A stretch of 64,000 nucleotides of DNA from Octopus sinensis (lineage: Eukaryota). Below, piece by piece: positions 27,692 through 41,200 of this stretch. The notes beneath the pieces are model-generated. The model was not told the origin of the DNA and searched no databases. It saw only the letters and a list, made by a program, of their open reading frames with translations. The stretch's first letter is position 1; each line of letters starts with the position of its first letter. Made by a program: the position numbers and the translations under genes. The stretch spans positions 115,444,001 through 115,508,000 of the forward strand of contig NC_043002.1 of NCBI RefSeq assembly GCF_006345805.1, written 5' to 3'.

Positions 27692-28299
27692 CTCGACAAC
27701 TATATAATTTCAGGGCTATAATTTCAACATCATATATATTTGCACTGGGATTTTAAAATCAACTTTGTCCTTCATATCATTGTCGTTCCTATCCATAAAA
27801 TAAACTCCAGTTATGAATATAAACCTCGTTTCTCGGGGGTGGGGTATGTGTGTGTGTGTGTGATTATTAGGTCTCAAGATTTTATGTCAATAAAGAGCTG
27901 GCGTCCAACCTAGATCCGAGGCTCCTTCATTGGAATTTCAGCAACATCAACAGGGTATTTTTGTTTGTTGTATGTATGTATGTATGTATGTATGTATGTA
28001 TGTATGTATGTATGTATTTATGTATGTATATTTAGTGTAGGAAGAAATGGAGCTGAACGAAGATTTAACAAAATTCCTTTTTATTATTTTCTACATATGG
28101 CCTATTTCTTCCTACACTAAATATATAAACTTCAAATTTCCGCACTAAGGCACGGGTTTGAGACCCCATGGTCGTAACCTCAACCGTGATTTTTCTGTTG
28201 TGATTTTTGCTACCCAGGTATCGGTTATCTTTTGAATAATCCGTAACAAGATAATTCATTTATCCATTTCAATATATATAGGGGTGCAAGGACAAGGTC

Positions 28300-28900
28300 G
28301 AGGTATTTGGAGATGAGGTCAGTGGGGCAACTGCAGGCAGAAACAATGGGGCAGCTAGGGTTGTTGGGCTTATGGATTTTTGGAGGGAAGTAAATGGTGG
28401 GGATGCATGGAGTACTGACTGAGGTTGCAGATGGTGGGGGTAGAAGGGAGGAATAAATTAGATTGTAACTAGCAGGTAGTGTGACTTGGGGTTAAAGGGT
28501 AAAAGGCAATAGAAAGACATGTCTTGGAGTTTGTGGAGCACATCAACCTTGTAGAGGTCAGCATGCCACACAACCACAGCTCCATCTTCTTCAACTAGTT
28601 TAATGATGATGTCTTGACAGCATTTAGAACATCAAAGGGCTGAGAGTTTGGCTTGGGAGATGTTATAATGTCAAGGACACCTGAAGTTGAATTAGTCCAC
28701 AGCGCATTGACAGACACTTGCAAATTGATCAACTGCCTGGAATTGGATGAGGGCCAGCATCCAGTGAGATGATCTGCAGCCCAGGTCAGTGAAGCAGTTT
28801 TCTTCATTAGATGCAGGCAAAGTATCATGGAATGGAGCATGAAATATTGGACATCAGCCCGGGTTTGAAACTTATTGCTGGATGGAGTGAGTGTTAGGAA
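28300..28900 (-). mobile_element. Old LINE fragment, probably apurinic-endonuclease region
   Basis: Degenerate reading VNALWTNSTSGVLDII; weak resemblance only. Confidence 0.35.
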
Positions 28901-29779
28901 ATAGAGACCCCCTACTAAGGAGGGAACGCTTGGCTTCAGAGAGGGAGAGATCAGGAGGAATAGTAACAACAGAGTGGAGGGGAAAGGATTGGGTAGCAGG
29001 TGGTCAGTTTCTATGGTGTATATATTCCCCACCTGGACAGGATGCCAGTCCATCACAGGTTTCCTCATTTTTGCTAACTGAGTGGACTGGAGCAGCATGA
29101 AATGAAGTGTTTTGCTCAAGAACACAACACATTGCCTGATCCAGGAATTGAAACCGCATTCTTATGATCATGAGTCCAACACCCTAACCACTAAGCTATG
29201 TGACTCCACAAAGGTAAACTTTGCTTCACAAATATTGTTGACTCATAAGGGCCAGTTTCCATAGTGTATAAATTCCATACCTGGACAGGACACCAGTCTG
29301 TTGCAGGATTACTCATTTATGCTAGCGGAGTGGACAGGAGCAATGTGAAATGAAGTGTCTTGCTCAAGAACACAATGCGTCGCCTGGTCCAGGAATGGAA
29401 ACCACAATCTTACAATCATGAGTCCAACAACCTAACCACCAAGCTACGTGCCTCCACAATGAGCTAAGACCCAGACTGGTGTTGATTTGATGAACTAAAC
29501 CATTCAAGATGGTGCCCCAGCATGGCCACAGTTTCAAGACTGAAACTAGTAAAAGAATAAAAGAGCGTATGCAATAGATTTGTATTGTATACAAGACTGC
29601 TTTCTTTTCATACATGGTATGGAGAGAAAGTGGGGGTTGATGAAATCAGGAAAGTAAATTTGTAGTAAAAGAGCAAAAATCTAGAAAAACAAAAAGGTTT
29701 AGAAATGTTTCTCTTGAAGTGTGTATACGTGCAGATTTGTATGTTTTGTTGTATGTATGTATTCTCATGCACATGCTTG

Positions 29780-30620
29780 CATATCTAGACATGCTCATAT
29801 ATACTTAAATAATAAACTTCTGGAAAGTTTTACAGATTTTTAGTTCCAGTGATGGATTAAATCTGTAGTCTTCGAATCAGCTTTCTCCTTTCTGATTTTG
29901 GGAAGCCTAATTTCTCAAGATTGGCATTTAGGTAATGTATTACATATCCCAGTGCCCCAATAATTACAGTTATAGACCTGAGCTTGTAATCTGGATAGAG
30001 TAACTGCAGATTTCTCAATAGTTCAGCGTAAATATTCTCTTTTTCATTGATCTCCAGCTTTATGTTAACATCTACAGGGCAGCTGATTTCCACAACTGTA
30101 CAGTTTCTCTTCTCTATCCCAAATCATTATATCAGGTGGATCTTTTCGGTTTGAACGGCAGTTTTTTCTAGCGGTGTCATATGAAATTGTCACCCATAAT
30201 TATGACCCTAGTATCGATCTATTGCATTTCAATCTGTTTTAGGGTTAGGGTTAGGGGTGGGGGGAAGGGTATCTTTTTTTCTTCACAAATGTAAATAAAA
30301 CCAATCTGTTTCTTAAACGAGGGACATATTCATACGGTACAGAATGTTTTTTTTACCTCAATGGACGTCACTGATTGGTTGAAATTGCAGAATTGAAGAA
30401 AAAATACAACAAATATCTTACAAACCATAGAATTTTCTCAATAAAGCCAAGAGAAAAAGATGTTTTATAAACACATTCTACCAGTATACGAAGTTTAAAA
30501 TTTTTTAGTTTCCTAGAAATTATGTTAAAAACTGCCGTTCAAACAGAAAAGATCCTCTCAGGTCTATTATGTTTACATTTTATTGGGGTTTTCACTGGGT
30601 CATTCCACCAGTACCCCTTT
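29780..30620 (-). mobile_element. Second R4/Dong-type RLE fragment, split by a MITE
   Basis: YWWNDPVKTPIKCKHNRP|DIMIWDRE..EISCPVDVN..ELLRNLQLLYPDY..VIIGALGY. Confidence 0.75.
30138..30555. mobile_element. MITE with ~29-bp TIRs and 8-bp TSD
   Basis: ggatcttttcggtttgaacggcagttttt / aaaaactgccgttcaaacagaaaagatcc. Flanks tatcaggt and tctcaggt match 7/8. Confidence 0.85.
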
Positions 30621-31101
30621 TTATTATGAGTGGTTCCACCATACTGTGGGTTCTTATTTCTTTGTCCTCGGGGTTATCTCTTGGACGCATCTCATTATAC
30701 GGTGTCCTAGCTACATCATGTCTCATCGGTAGGTAATACGGTGATGACAATTTTGGACAACTGCTTATGATGTGGGTGATACTCCTGTGTTAACTCCACA
30801 AAGTCTGCATCTGTCTGTCTGTCTGTATGTATGTATGTATGTACGTAGGTACGTGTGTAGTATGTTCCTGGTATCTTCTAGCGTGATAGGTCATGTAGCT
30901 ATAGGAGTTCTTTCCCTTGAATCAATATTTTTTTTTATTTCTCATTTACAAAATTATCAAAGATTTAATTAATACCTTATCTACTTGTAAGTGTTTGTGT
31001 TCCGAACCAGATCGAATATAAAGTAATTCCGAATATTTCAGTTTTAAATCTTTTATCTTGTAATCTAGGTGAAAGAACCCTATTCGTTGCGGATATGCTC
31101 C

Positions 31102-31115
31102 GTTGCTATGGTGAT
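31102..31115 (+). promoter_or_regulatory. RFX X-box in the probable MEIG1 promoter
   Basis: GTTGCTATGGTGAT resembles the X-box GTTGCCATGGCAAC. It lies in a CpG-retaining patch ~75 nt before a donor AG|GTAGGA at 31189/31190. MEIG1 is a flagellar/ciliary gene. Confidence 0.6.
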
Positions 31116-31119
31116 TATA

Positions 31120-31189
31120 CAAACGCATTCAAACTAAACGATTACTATCAACTTAACTTCACAACTGTGTATTTCAACAAAAAATTAAG
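31120..31189 (+). other. Putative non-coding first exon of MEIG1 (start approximate)
   Basis: Donor ttaag|gtagga. The first coding exon has an acceptor just before its ATG (ctcctaag|ataATG), so an upstream exon is needed. Confidence 0.4.
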
Positions 31190-33532
31190 GTAGGATCAAT
31201 TTGTAGTTGAACGAAAATATTTCACAATTTTTTCTTTTTCGTTTTTGTTTTTCCTTGTTACGTTTTATATTTTATGTGAAAGCAGTATTTGTTAACATAC
31301 GAGGGGGGGGCAGGGCGAAAAGCTCCTGGCTTTGGCTAAAAGAATATACAGGAGGATCACTTAATTATGATATTCTCCTCTCAGACTCACACACTTATTG
31401 CAGCGGTTCTTCAGTTTTTCGAAGCCCCATATCTTATCCCCAACGAATTTTTTTTCCTTTTTTTTTTTCGTTAAATTGCAAAGAAAACTACAGAAACGCT
31501 CGGCGAAATATTTATGTCGTTAATGAAAAAAATACTGGTCGCGAGCGTTTGATAAATGACCATCACAGCAGAATCTCATTCCAACCATTTCATCTTTTGC
31601 TGCACAGGCGTGGCTGCGTGGTAAGAAACTTGCTTCTCAACAACATGGTTCTCAGTTCAATCCGACTGCATGGCAACTTGGGTAGGGACTTCTGTTATAA
31701 CCTCTGAGTGGATTCGGTAGACAGAGACTGAAAGAAGCCCATATAGATAAATGTGTGTGTGTGTGTGTGTGTGCGTGTGCGCGCGCTTGACAGCCGGTGT
31801 TGGTGTCGTTACGTCTCTGTAACTTAGCAATTCGGCTTAAGAGACTGATAGAATTAGTACTAGGCTTTAAAAAATAAGTCCTGGGTTGATTTGTTCAACT
31901 GAAACCCTTCAGGGCAGTGCTCCAGCATGGCCGCAGTCAAATGACTGAAACAAGTAAAAGAAAAGTAAAAAGTGAAAGTATCTGTTTCAAGTTCAAATGT
32001 AGGTGAAGTCACTTTTTTCCACTTTTCCCAAGTACCCGTAGCATTTTGATAATAATCAACTGCACCCTCTTGATTGGCAAGGGTTTATTTTGTACCTGAG
32101 AAAGAAAAAATGAGAGCAGATAAAATATATTCCTAAAGAGTTTATTACTTTTGCTACCAACATAAGACTGCCCTTGGACGGGTTGTATGATGCATCATTA
32201 TCAACATCATCATCATCATCCTTTAACGTCTGTTTACCATGCTGGCATGGGTTAGACAATTTGATTGGGAAACCGTCCAACCCATGCAAGCATGGAAAAC
32301 GGATGTTAAACGACGACAACAATGATGATGATGATGATGATGTTAAGTCAAAGAGCTGTACTAGGATCTAGTCGTCAGATTTGGCTTGGTTTCTCATCTG
32401 GATGTCCTTCCTAATGCCAACCACTTTACAGAGGGTACTGCGTGTTTCTTAAAGTGTCTCTGGCACAGGTGCCTTTTATGTGTCACAAGCACAGGCCATG
32501 ACTATGATTCACTTAGCTTGATGTGTCTTCTCAAGTACATTAAATTTTAAATGCAAACTTGCTATTTTAATGTCATCTAAATTAAAATATTCCAACAAAC
32601 TTATATTTTTAATTTATGCTCCAAACACCAGTTTAATAATGACGAAGTTGTTTTACTAAACTCTTCAACATTATTTTTAAAATCAATTGAAACACTAGCA
32701 TTGTAATTCAATAGAAATATGGTAACAAAAAGGTTATATGAGGATTAATTATCATTGTTATTTTTCTTGGTACAGTTTAGTTAAGCTGTACATAAAAATA
32801 ATCAGGAACAAGAGTGTGTTGGTATACTGTTCATTTTGCTTCATTCAGTTATACAGTGTGAGGGCAAGCATGACCAGCCATCTAAATCCCCAGACTGGTT
32901 GGTCTCCCGCCTAACTGAAAGTCCCTTCTCTGTGGACCAGATCACTAGCTGGCCTGCTGTGAAGTGTCCTGTCTACAGTTCATCGGTTATCAGTGCCCTA
33001 CACTGGTACCAGGAACTCCTTTGGTGTCCGAACACTTCACAGAATTATGGGTTACAATTGGCCAGATTTCGTATCCAACCAATGACTCTACTCAGAAACT
33101 TGTATTATTCAGGAGTATCAGTTCAGACCGATCGGTCATGTTGCTGGGATGTGTCCTGGCTGGGTCCTGCATGTCACATTCCCTTCCCTGGTAATCCGGC
33201 CAGAGTGATGGTCAGCTTGTGCTGGTCAGCTGAATACCACATGGTCATATTGAATGAGAAAGTACCTCACAGAGACAGGGACTGAGTAGGACATTGCTTG
33301 CAAGATTGCCCAGGATAAACTAACAAATACCGGATGCAGTGTTGCACTGCAACAGCACAGGACCAATACCTGACATGGCCTGATTTGTCATTCTTCAGCT
33401 TATTGTTGCTGTGTTTACTGTTCTCAATGTTGCTACTGTTGCTAGCAAATATTTTATTTTATGAGTATCTCTTTTACAAATTAATTTACTTCATGAAATT
33501 CTATTAGTTTATCTGTTTTCACTCCTAAGATA

Positions 33533-33667
33533 ATGGAAAGGCTGGAACCAAAACCCAAGTCTATATCAAGAGCACAAAAATGGACAGATTCGGTGGAAGA
33601 AGCCTATAGATTCCAATGTGCAGGTTACCGAGATGAGATGGAGTATAAATATTTTCAAAAAGCTAAA
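33533..33667 (+). CDS. MEIG1: Meiosis-expressed gene 1, coding exon 1 (missed by the ORF track)
   Basis: [45 protein letters not shown] matches the MEIG1 KPKS..W..E..YRFQ.AGYRDE.EY motif. 45 codons, donor |gtaagt, phase 0. Confidence 0.95.
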
Positions 33668-34214
33668 GTAAGTACGAAAGTAAAGATGTGTTGATAAGAG
33701 TTAAATAATTTCTTTAATTTCATTCTAATCAATTTTAATATTTTCTGAGCAGTGCCAGGGATTTCTTAGCTTAATAATGGTACAGAGCACTCAGCCAGAA
33801 TTTCATAGGTACTGGGTTCAATTCTCTATAGTGGATTGCTGGCAAATTTTTAAAGGTAGTGACCAGGTGGAATTGTTTAGCACACTGGGCAAAATGCTCA
33901 GTAGCATTTCATCTGTCTTCACATTCTGAGTTTAAACTACACCAAGGTCAACTTTGCCGTTCATCCTTTCAGGTTCAATAAGAGTACCAGTTGACTTACA
34001 CCCTCCCTCAAAAACTGTTGGCCTTGTGCCAAAATTTGAAATCAGTATTTTCTCAACAGTGACGAGATAAATAAATGGGTTATTACTTCATATTTTGTCA
34101 CCAATATTTCACTCAAATGAACCTAGAAAACACAATGCCTTACTCCACCAAGATGTAAACAGATTCCACTCATATGCTGGCAACTGGGATGCTGCATATC
34201 TAACAAGTGTTTTG

Positions 34215-34790
34215 TAATAATAATATAATGAAATTATTGTATACAGTGCTCAGGTGCACAACAACTTGTCAGAAAGTGCATATAAAGTACATGCAGTAAT
34301 GTAAAAATGTCTGGAAAGCGAACAATGTATGAGTCAGATACATGCTTGTGTGTGTAAGGAGGGGAGAAAATCAGGTGTGGTGTTGGCGAATCTCAGAAAG
34401 CATGGAAGTTTTGAAGGATGCAGTGCTCCGACAACTAACAACTAATGCCTGCAGTTTGTTCCATGCTTCAGCAACTCTCAGCATGAAAAAATGTTTCCTG
34501 AAGTCATGGGAGCTGTGCTGTTTTCTGACTTTGTAAATATGTCCACGGGTGTTAGACGGGTGGAGTTTGAAAAGGTGCTCAGAGTTATTGTTTGTACGAT
34601 GGTTAATAATTTTATGGGTGTCTGCCAAGTCAGCTGCCACACGTCAGAGTTTCAATGTGTCCATGCCCAGGGAAGTAAGGCGTTCAGGATATGGCAAATG
34701 CCTGATGGAGGGTATTCTTTTGGTTGCATGTCGCTGAACAGCTTCCAGACGATTGATTCCAGTTCAAAGTTCAAATGTACTATATGTAAT
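34215..34790 (-). mobile_element. CR1-type LINE 3' fragment in the MEIG1 intron
   Basis: TRGHIYKVRKQHS..RKHFFMLRVAEAWNKL..SFK; short tatt-like tail. Confidence 0.75.
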
Positions 34791-34845
34791 TGTGTGAGTG
34801 TGTGCATGTACAGCTTGTGTGCACAAACACACACACACACACACA

Positions 34846-35671
34846 CAGAGGGTGCAGTGAATAAACTGTCATCGAAATTACATAAAAATGAAAATAACAC
34901 TGACATCTCATTTTAACATATATGTACCAAAATAACATAAAAATATCTTGAAATATTTTGAAATACTAAAGAGTAAATTTATTCAGTAAAATTGCTGTTG
35001 GTTTCAACCGTGGTCTCCAGATGACTTCGAAATCTCCTGGATAGTCTCCTTGTTTATGTTGGTGAATGCTGCCATAATCCTTGCCTTCAAGTCATCTTTG
35101 GTGTTACAAGGAATTTTGTTGGTCTCTTGCTCAACTGTGTTCCAATTGTGCCCCTCCTGCCAAGGAAGTTGCAGTCTGAGGAGTTAGGTGGCCAGATGGT
35201 AGGAGTAATGACTGGGTCCTCCTGCTTGTGTGGCATAGTGCAGAGTCCTGTTGCCAGACATAGGGTCTTCCAGCAGCCACCCTCTTGACCCAGGGTAGCA
35301 CTACCTCCTCCAGGCACTTGATGTAGGCCACCATGTTGAGGCTGTGTCGGAAGACGTCGCCATCACCAGTAATCACTCCAAACACCATAATGTTGACTGA
35401 ATATTTGATTTATATCACTGTCGGTACATGTCCTCAGATTGACACCCAAACACTCTGAAAGCTTCATATTGAAGCTTCCAGTGCAAATGCCAAGCAGTAC
35501 AGCATGGCGTTTCCAAATTTCTGGCAGAGTGAATTACATCATGGTGCTGTTTTTCTCACAGATGGTGCCCAACTGACCCTCCTGTACTGCATAGTTGACA
35601 AAATCAAAAACAAACAATACACGTGTGAAATTAAAAATATAAAATAGCAACAATTTACCCACCACACCCTG
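34846..35671 (-). mobile_element. Deleted Tc1/mariner (maT-like) transposon
   Basis: MVFGVITGDG..YIKCLEEVVLPWVKRVAAGRPYVWQQDSA.CHTS and WPPNSSDCN. Imperfect TIRs cagagggtg / caccctg|ta. Confidence 0.75.
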
Positions 35672-38123
35672 TATATATTGTGTGGTATAATTTTCAACAA
35701 GTAGCATTGGAATTAATATTTCAGTCAGGAAACCCTGTGTAGCTGTATTTCACAAGGCTCTTTGTGAGTTTTATGATGATGTTAATGGTTTCAAATTTTG
35801 GCACAAGGCCAGTAATATTGGTGAAGGATATTGGTTGATTACATCAACTCCAGTGTTCAACTGGTAATAATTTCATCAACCCTGAAATGATAAAATGCAA
35901 ATTCGACCTCAGATAATAATAATTTATTTCTTTACTACCCACAAGGGGCTAAACACAGAGGGGACAAACAAGGACAGACAAAGGGATTAAGTCAATTACA
36001 TCGACCCCAAAGGCAATGAGCTGGCGGAAATGTTAGCATGCCGGGCGAAATGCTGAGTGGAATTTCGTCTGTCTTTATGTTCTGTTTTCAAATTCTGCGG
36101 AGGTCAATTTTGCCTTTCATCCTTTCAGGGGTCGATAAATTAAGTACCAGTTGCATACTGGAGTTGATTTAATTGACTGCCCCCCCCCCCCCCAAAAAAA
36201 AAAATTGGGGGCCTTGTGCCTAGAGTAGAAAAGAATAATATTTCAGATTTGGTCACGAAGCCAGCAATTTTGGGGAGGATTACATCCACCCCAGCAGTCA
36301 ACTGGAACTTACCATGGTTGAATAATATTCTTAACATGGCTTTTTAATCGCAGTTGGCAGTCTCACTAATTCAGTTTTAACTGAAATCAAATTTAGTTTT
36401 TTGAATTATGTTTGACTGCATTTAGACATAAAATACTTAAAATCTGGTGTAGAAGAAGAAAAGTTAAGAGAAAAATGTAGAGACCAAACTGGTCGACTGA
36501 TGAGTAGTAATGCCTGACATCAAACACTTTGAATCCACACCATTCTTTTAATTTTGATTAAGAATTATTAGATTGATATTAATATAAAAGAGAAATGTTG
36601 AAGGAACATATTGGTAAAGGTTTCGTAAAATTTTATCCATCAGAAAAAAGATATTTAATTTTAATTCTCAAATTTTTATCAATTTTTACATGATATTGAA
36701 GGGACACACCTCATGTATGAACCAGACTGTTTCTTAGGCACACAAACACAACAAAAGATAAAAGACAACACAAATCAATACAAAGAGTTCGAATATTTAT
36801 TTTCATTAGTCTAAATTATTTTTTATAAAAAAATGAAATTTTTTTGCTTAACTTTTTGTCGAATTAATTATTTTAATAACAAAATTATATTTTGATTTTT
36901 TTGATTTTGTCTCTTTGAGCAGTACTGAATCATCTAGTAAGGCAAATTACAAAAATTCAAATATTTTAACGGTCAAGTTTCACAATTTTTAAATTTCCAA
37001 ACATGGAGTTAATTTGCATGCTAAAAATGACTTTATGTTTAATTTATTTATAAATTTTATAGTAAATAGAATATGATTATTTGTGGCTTTGTCGTCTCTA
37101 TGAGCAGTACTGAAGTCTGTAGTAAGGCTGTCAAAAAAGCCAAATGCTATTTGTAATTATATTCTATTCAATATTAATTTTATTTTATTTATTTATAACA
37201 AAGTTATTTTATTAAATTTGTATAATTTTTTTCTCGTTATTTTTAAAATTCTTTAAATATATTCATTTGTAACTTTGTCTCTGTACAGTACCAAAATTAC
37301 AGTACGTACATTATGTCCTGAAAAGGCAAAGTTGCAACGATTATCATTCATTTTTAATTTAATTTCTAAATGAAAACTAGTCAAATGAAAAGCTCGAAAT
37401 TTTGTTTGAATTTTTTGGGAAATTTTTTGACTTCAAAATGACTGCAAAAAATGGTAATTTTATATATTTTTAATTAAAATTTTACTATTGCTGCAATGCC
37501 TGTAAAAACAATGAAAAATGCAGACACATACTAACAATATTTTTAACAATTAAACATGGAAAAGTAGAGGACAAAAAAAACTCATTAAAATAAGAGCTTA
37601 AGATATTGCTGCTAAAATTAAAATTTTAACTTTTTTCATTAAGTCATTTAGTAAAAAAAATAAGATTGAAATAAAAAAGGAAAAGGTGAAATTAATTGAA
37701 TTCTTTTTAAAAATATGAAAAAGTACCTTAGAGGTACTTTTTGATTGCAATTTTACAGCAATATTTTTAAGCTCTAAGTTTAGTGAGTTTTTTCTTGTCC
37801 TCTACTTTTCCAGGTTTAATTGTTAAGAATATTTTTAGTATGCTGCTGCATTTTTCATTGGCTAGTATATATAGCAAAACCCCTTGTCTTTGAGGGTTAA
37901 AATGTACTGTGAATTCAGGGTTTTCTTCAGCAAGGACAGTTAGTGGCTTAAAATAAAGTACTCTTGAGTTTGTACAAAATAGAGATAATCTTTGCAAAAC
38001 CATCAAAGCATGAAGACATATGAATTGGTACTCTTACTTCCCTTATGAAAAATATAGAGCAAAGATGATGAGAAAAATGTATTATTTCCACAATAAATCG
38101 AAATCAATATTTTATATTTTCAG

Positions 38124-38252
38124 ATTGATAGATGGCCTCACAATGGCTATGTCAAGAAATTACAGAGGAAAGATGGCAGTTTTTTTTACTTCAATAAAAC
38201 CAGAGAATGCCCGGAGAAAGATATTTCAAAAACTAAACTCTATGTATATTAG
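38124..38252 (+). CDS. MEIG1: Meiosis-expressed gene 1, coding exon 2
   Basis: Acceptor tattttcag|, then [42 protein letters not shown] ([12 protein letters not shown] motif). Total 87 aa. Confidence 0.95.
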   Translation: MDRWPHNGYVKKLQRKDGSFFYFNKTRECPEKDISKTKLYVY

Positions 38253-41200
38253 TCTCTAACCAGCTGGCAAAAATATATATATTACATAGGCACATACTCA
38301 CTTTCCCTTTCACTCTCTCTCTCTCTATCTATGATATATGTATACATATATATATATATAAACAGCAATTTTAATTTATTGAACATTCCATAGCTAATTG
38401 GTTCATTGTCAACATGATGAATAAATGAATCCTAAATTATTTACTTCCATCAAACATTTCACAAATAAGCTGCATTTATTATTAAAAATACACCTGCTTC
38501 TAATGAGATGAATCCAAAAAACTCTCTCAATCTGATCTGCAATAAAAACTTCATTAAAATTTAGGACTGATTGATTGTTGCCTCATTATTGATTTTGTCT
38601 ATATCTCCCATGCTTGCAATTGGCAACACCATCTATGAGGTCTTGGTTGATTCTTTTGCTTCTGCCTTTCTTAACCAGTGGAAGACATGCGCTCCACAAC
38701 TGAACTGAAGTCCTAAAACCAAGATGCCACATAAAAAGCATTGATATCGGTACTGGTGCCATGTTAAAAGCACTAACAATGGTTCCACATAAAAAAAAAA
38801 TCCAGTGCACTCAGTAAAGTGGTTAGAATTAGAAAGGGCATCCAGCCATAGAAACCAAGCTTCTGTCAAGCCATCCAACACAGAACAAATCTTCAAGGTG
38901 ATATGTCCAACCAGGTGAACAGAAGAGAACATGGATTGAACTGCAGTCTTGCCATGCTGGCATAGCTGAGGGGTAGGTCTTTTCAAACACTGCTTATCAC
39001 CAACTGTTTCCGTCCTTTGTCATCTCCTTCATGAGGCTCAACATTCAGCCTTTGCCACCTCATCTCATGTCTTCCTAGGTCTCCAGAATTTCCATCTACT
39101 GTAAGCAATCAACTCTTCTTTTCGCACTTAACCTCATCCACAATATACATCATACTTCCAGATGAATGCAGTCTTCTCTCTTGCACTTTTCTATCAACAC
39201 AATTGAACTTTGTTACACATGCAAATTGACAATGCATAATCATCAGAGCATGCTCATTTCATTTCTTTCTAGTCTTCTCAGGAACTCTGCATTCAGTGTC
39301 ACTATTTCACTCCCATGTAGCAAGGAGACTATAAGTCGGCATTATATTGTCTGCGTTTGACTCTGAGAGAGAAACGTTTTGTTACCAGCAGAGCTAGTAG
39401 CAGCCCCAGCTCTTCTTACTATATTTCTACAACATTCCCTTACACAAATAATTAGGTCAGTCACTTGAGAGCATTGATTTGTCATGTACAATGTTTATTG
39501 CTCCGGCACACCTACCACATCCAAAACTGCTTTATTAACTCACCCATGACCACTGCATCTCCTGTGTCCATACTTTGCATTGGTCTTATTACATAATTTA
39601 TAGTAATTCCACATACTGAATAAGGCTATTTCCCTGACAAAGCAGGGTCCTGTTTGTTTTTGTAATTATACTTTAGTCTTTGCCAAGTTAATTTAGAGGC
39701 CCTTCCATGCCAGAAATTTCTTCTCTAACCCTACAACCACTAAGCATTTCGCCAGGTGTGCTAACGATTCTGCCAGCTCGTTGCTTATTTAATTACACTG
39801 ATTTGAACTAGTCATGTATTACCTTGTAACTTTGGGATTTCAATGACATGATTGTCTATTTTCAGAATATTTTAGGGTAAGTGTGAGAGGCCAGTTTGAA
39901 GTTAAAACAGGTACATTATTTTGGTCGGATATAATTGGTTTAAAAGTTAAAGGGGGGTTAAACTCCTCTAGCCTAGAGGACCAAGATATATAGACAATGA
40001 CTGAGCTTTGGGCCCTGACGGTCCCCTACATGCACACTAAATCTGTCACTCTATTAATTGCTCTCAACTTACCGATAGCATCTTTGAACATGGCTCTCAC
40101 AAGCCAAACATCACATCTTCAGTATTTAGCAGACCACTAAGTGAAAGACTCAAAGACTTTTTCCAGGTCATCAAATGTTAGGTGCAGCAGGGTTACTCCA
40201 GCACAAAAGTTAGTCTACTTCTCCTCGGCTAACTTTTGCATAAGTTGATCAAGCTATAACTCTTTCAAGGACTTTTATGATCTAGTCCAACAATAGCCAT
40301 CATTATCTCTTTGCAAGTCATCAAGCTTTGCCATGGTAACAGTTGACTATAATGCTGCAATACCAGTCACTGAGTATGACACTTTCCTATATAATCTGAT
40401 TGACTGATGCAGGTAACTAGTACATATCCTACTCTGCCAGATATTTTAAGCATCTCAATATCATTGATAGACCAAGAACTTTTTCTATCTTCATATCCTT
40501 AACTCCTTTATCAAACTGCTGAATTGCAGGTCCCTCTATTTGGTCCCCTTTTCCCCCTCAGCATTCTTTGCATTTGATAACCTTTCATAGTAGCACTACA
40601 ATACCTCTTTTCAGAATCCTTGTTTTAAACAAAAGAGGAAGGCAGGTACAGACGGAACATTCTACATTTGTTATCAAATCATAAATATATTTACAAGTAA
40701 ATGGTTTATATTAGTTAGGCAGGTGTCCTCAGCTTCATCGTTACTTTCACTTACGTTTCTGCTGTTGAATGCTCCAGACTTTTTCAGGTGTTGAGTTGAA
40801 ATCGGTTGTATTGGAATTTCAAACCTAGTCCTTTATTTGATCTGCAGGGGTACACTATTCTCATTGTCTGTCTGTATGTATGTAGATAGATATCACAATC
40901 TACAATGCAAACAGCAGATTGGGGAAACAATTCATAAAATTTTCCTTCATGGATTAAATGTTATGTGTTTAGGAACTGTGCTTCTCCATTTATCTTATAC
41001 AACATCTAAAACTTTTCAACAGTATAAATTCCACATCTCAACAGTATAGAATTGTATTGACAAGTATGTTTTCTAAATAAAATTAAACTTGCAAATATAT
41101 GGAAAGGAGTTAAATTTGACTTTTTGCTCACCGGATTGTCTGCCCTTGTTATGTTTGAATGTGACAAATACTCTGGCACAGATCACCAATTTGATCCTAC

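Noticed and set aside
28000-31000. Search for DCLRE1C/Artemis head-to-head with MEIG1, as recalled for vertebrates
   Set aside because: No metallo-beta-lactamase (SHxHxDH) exon was seen; the local ORFs are LINE debris.
36500-36540. CTGATGA motif
   Set aside because: No downstream GAAA or stems.
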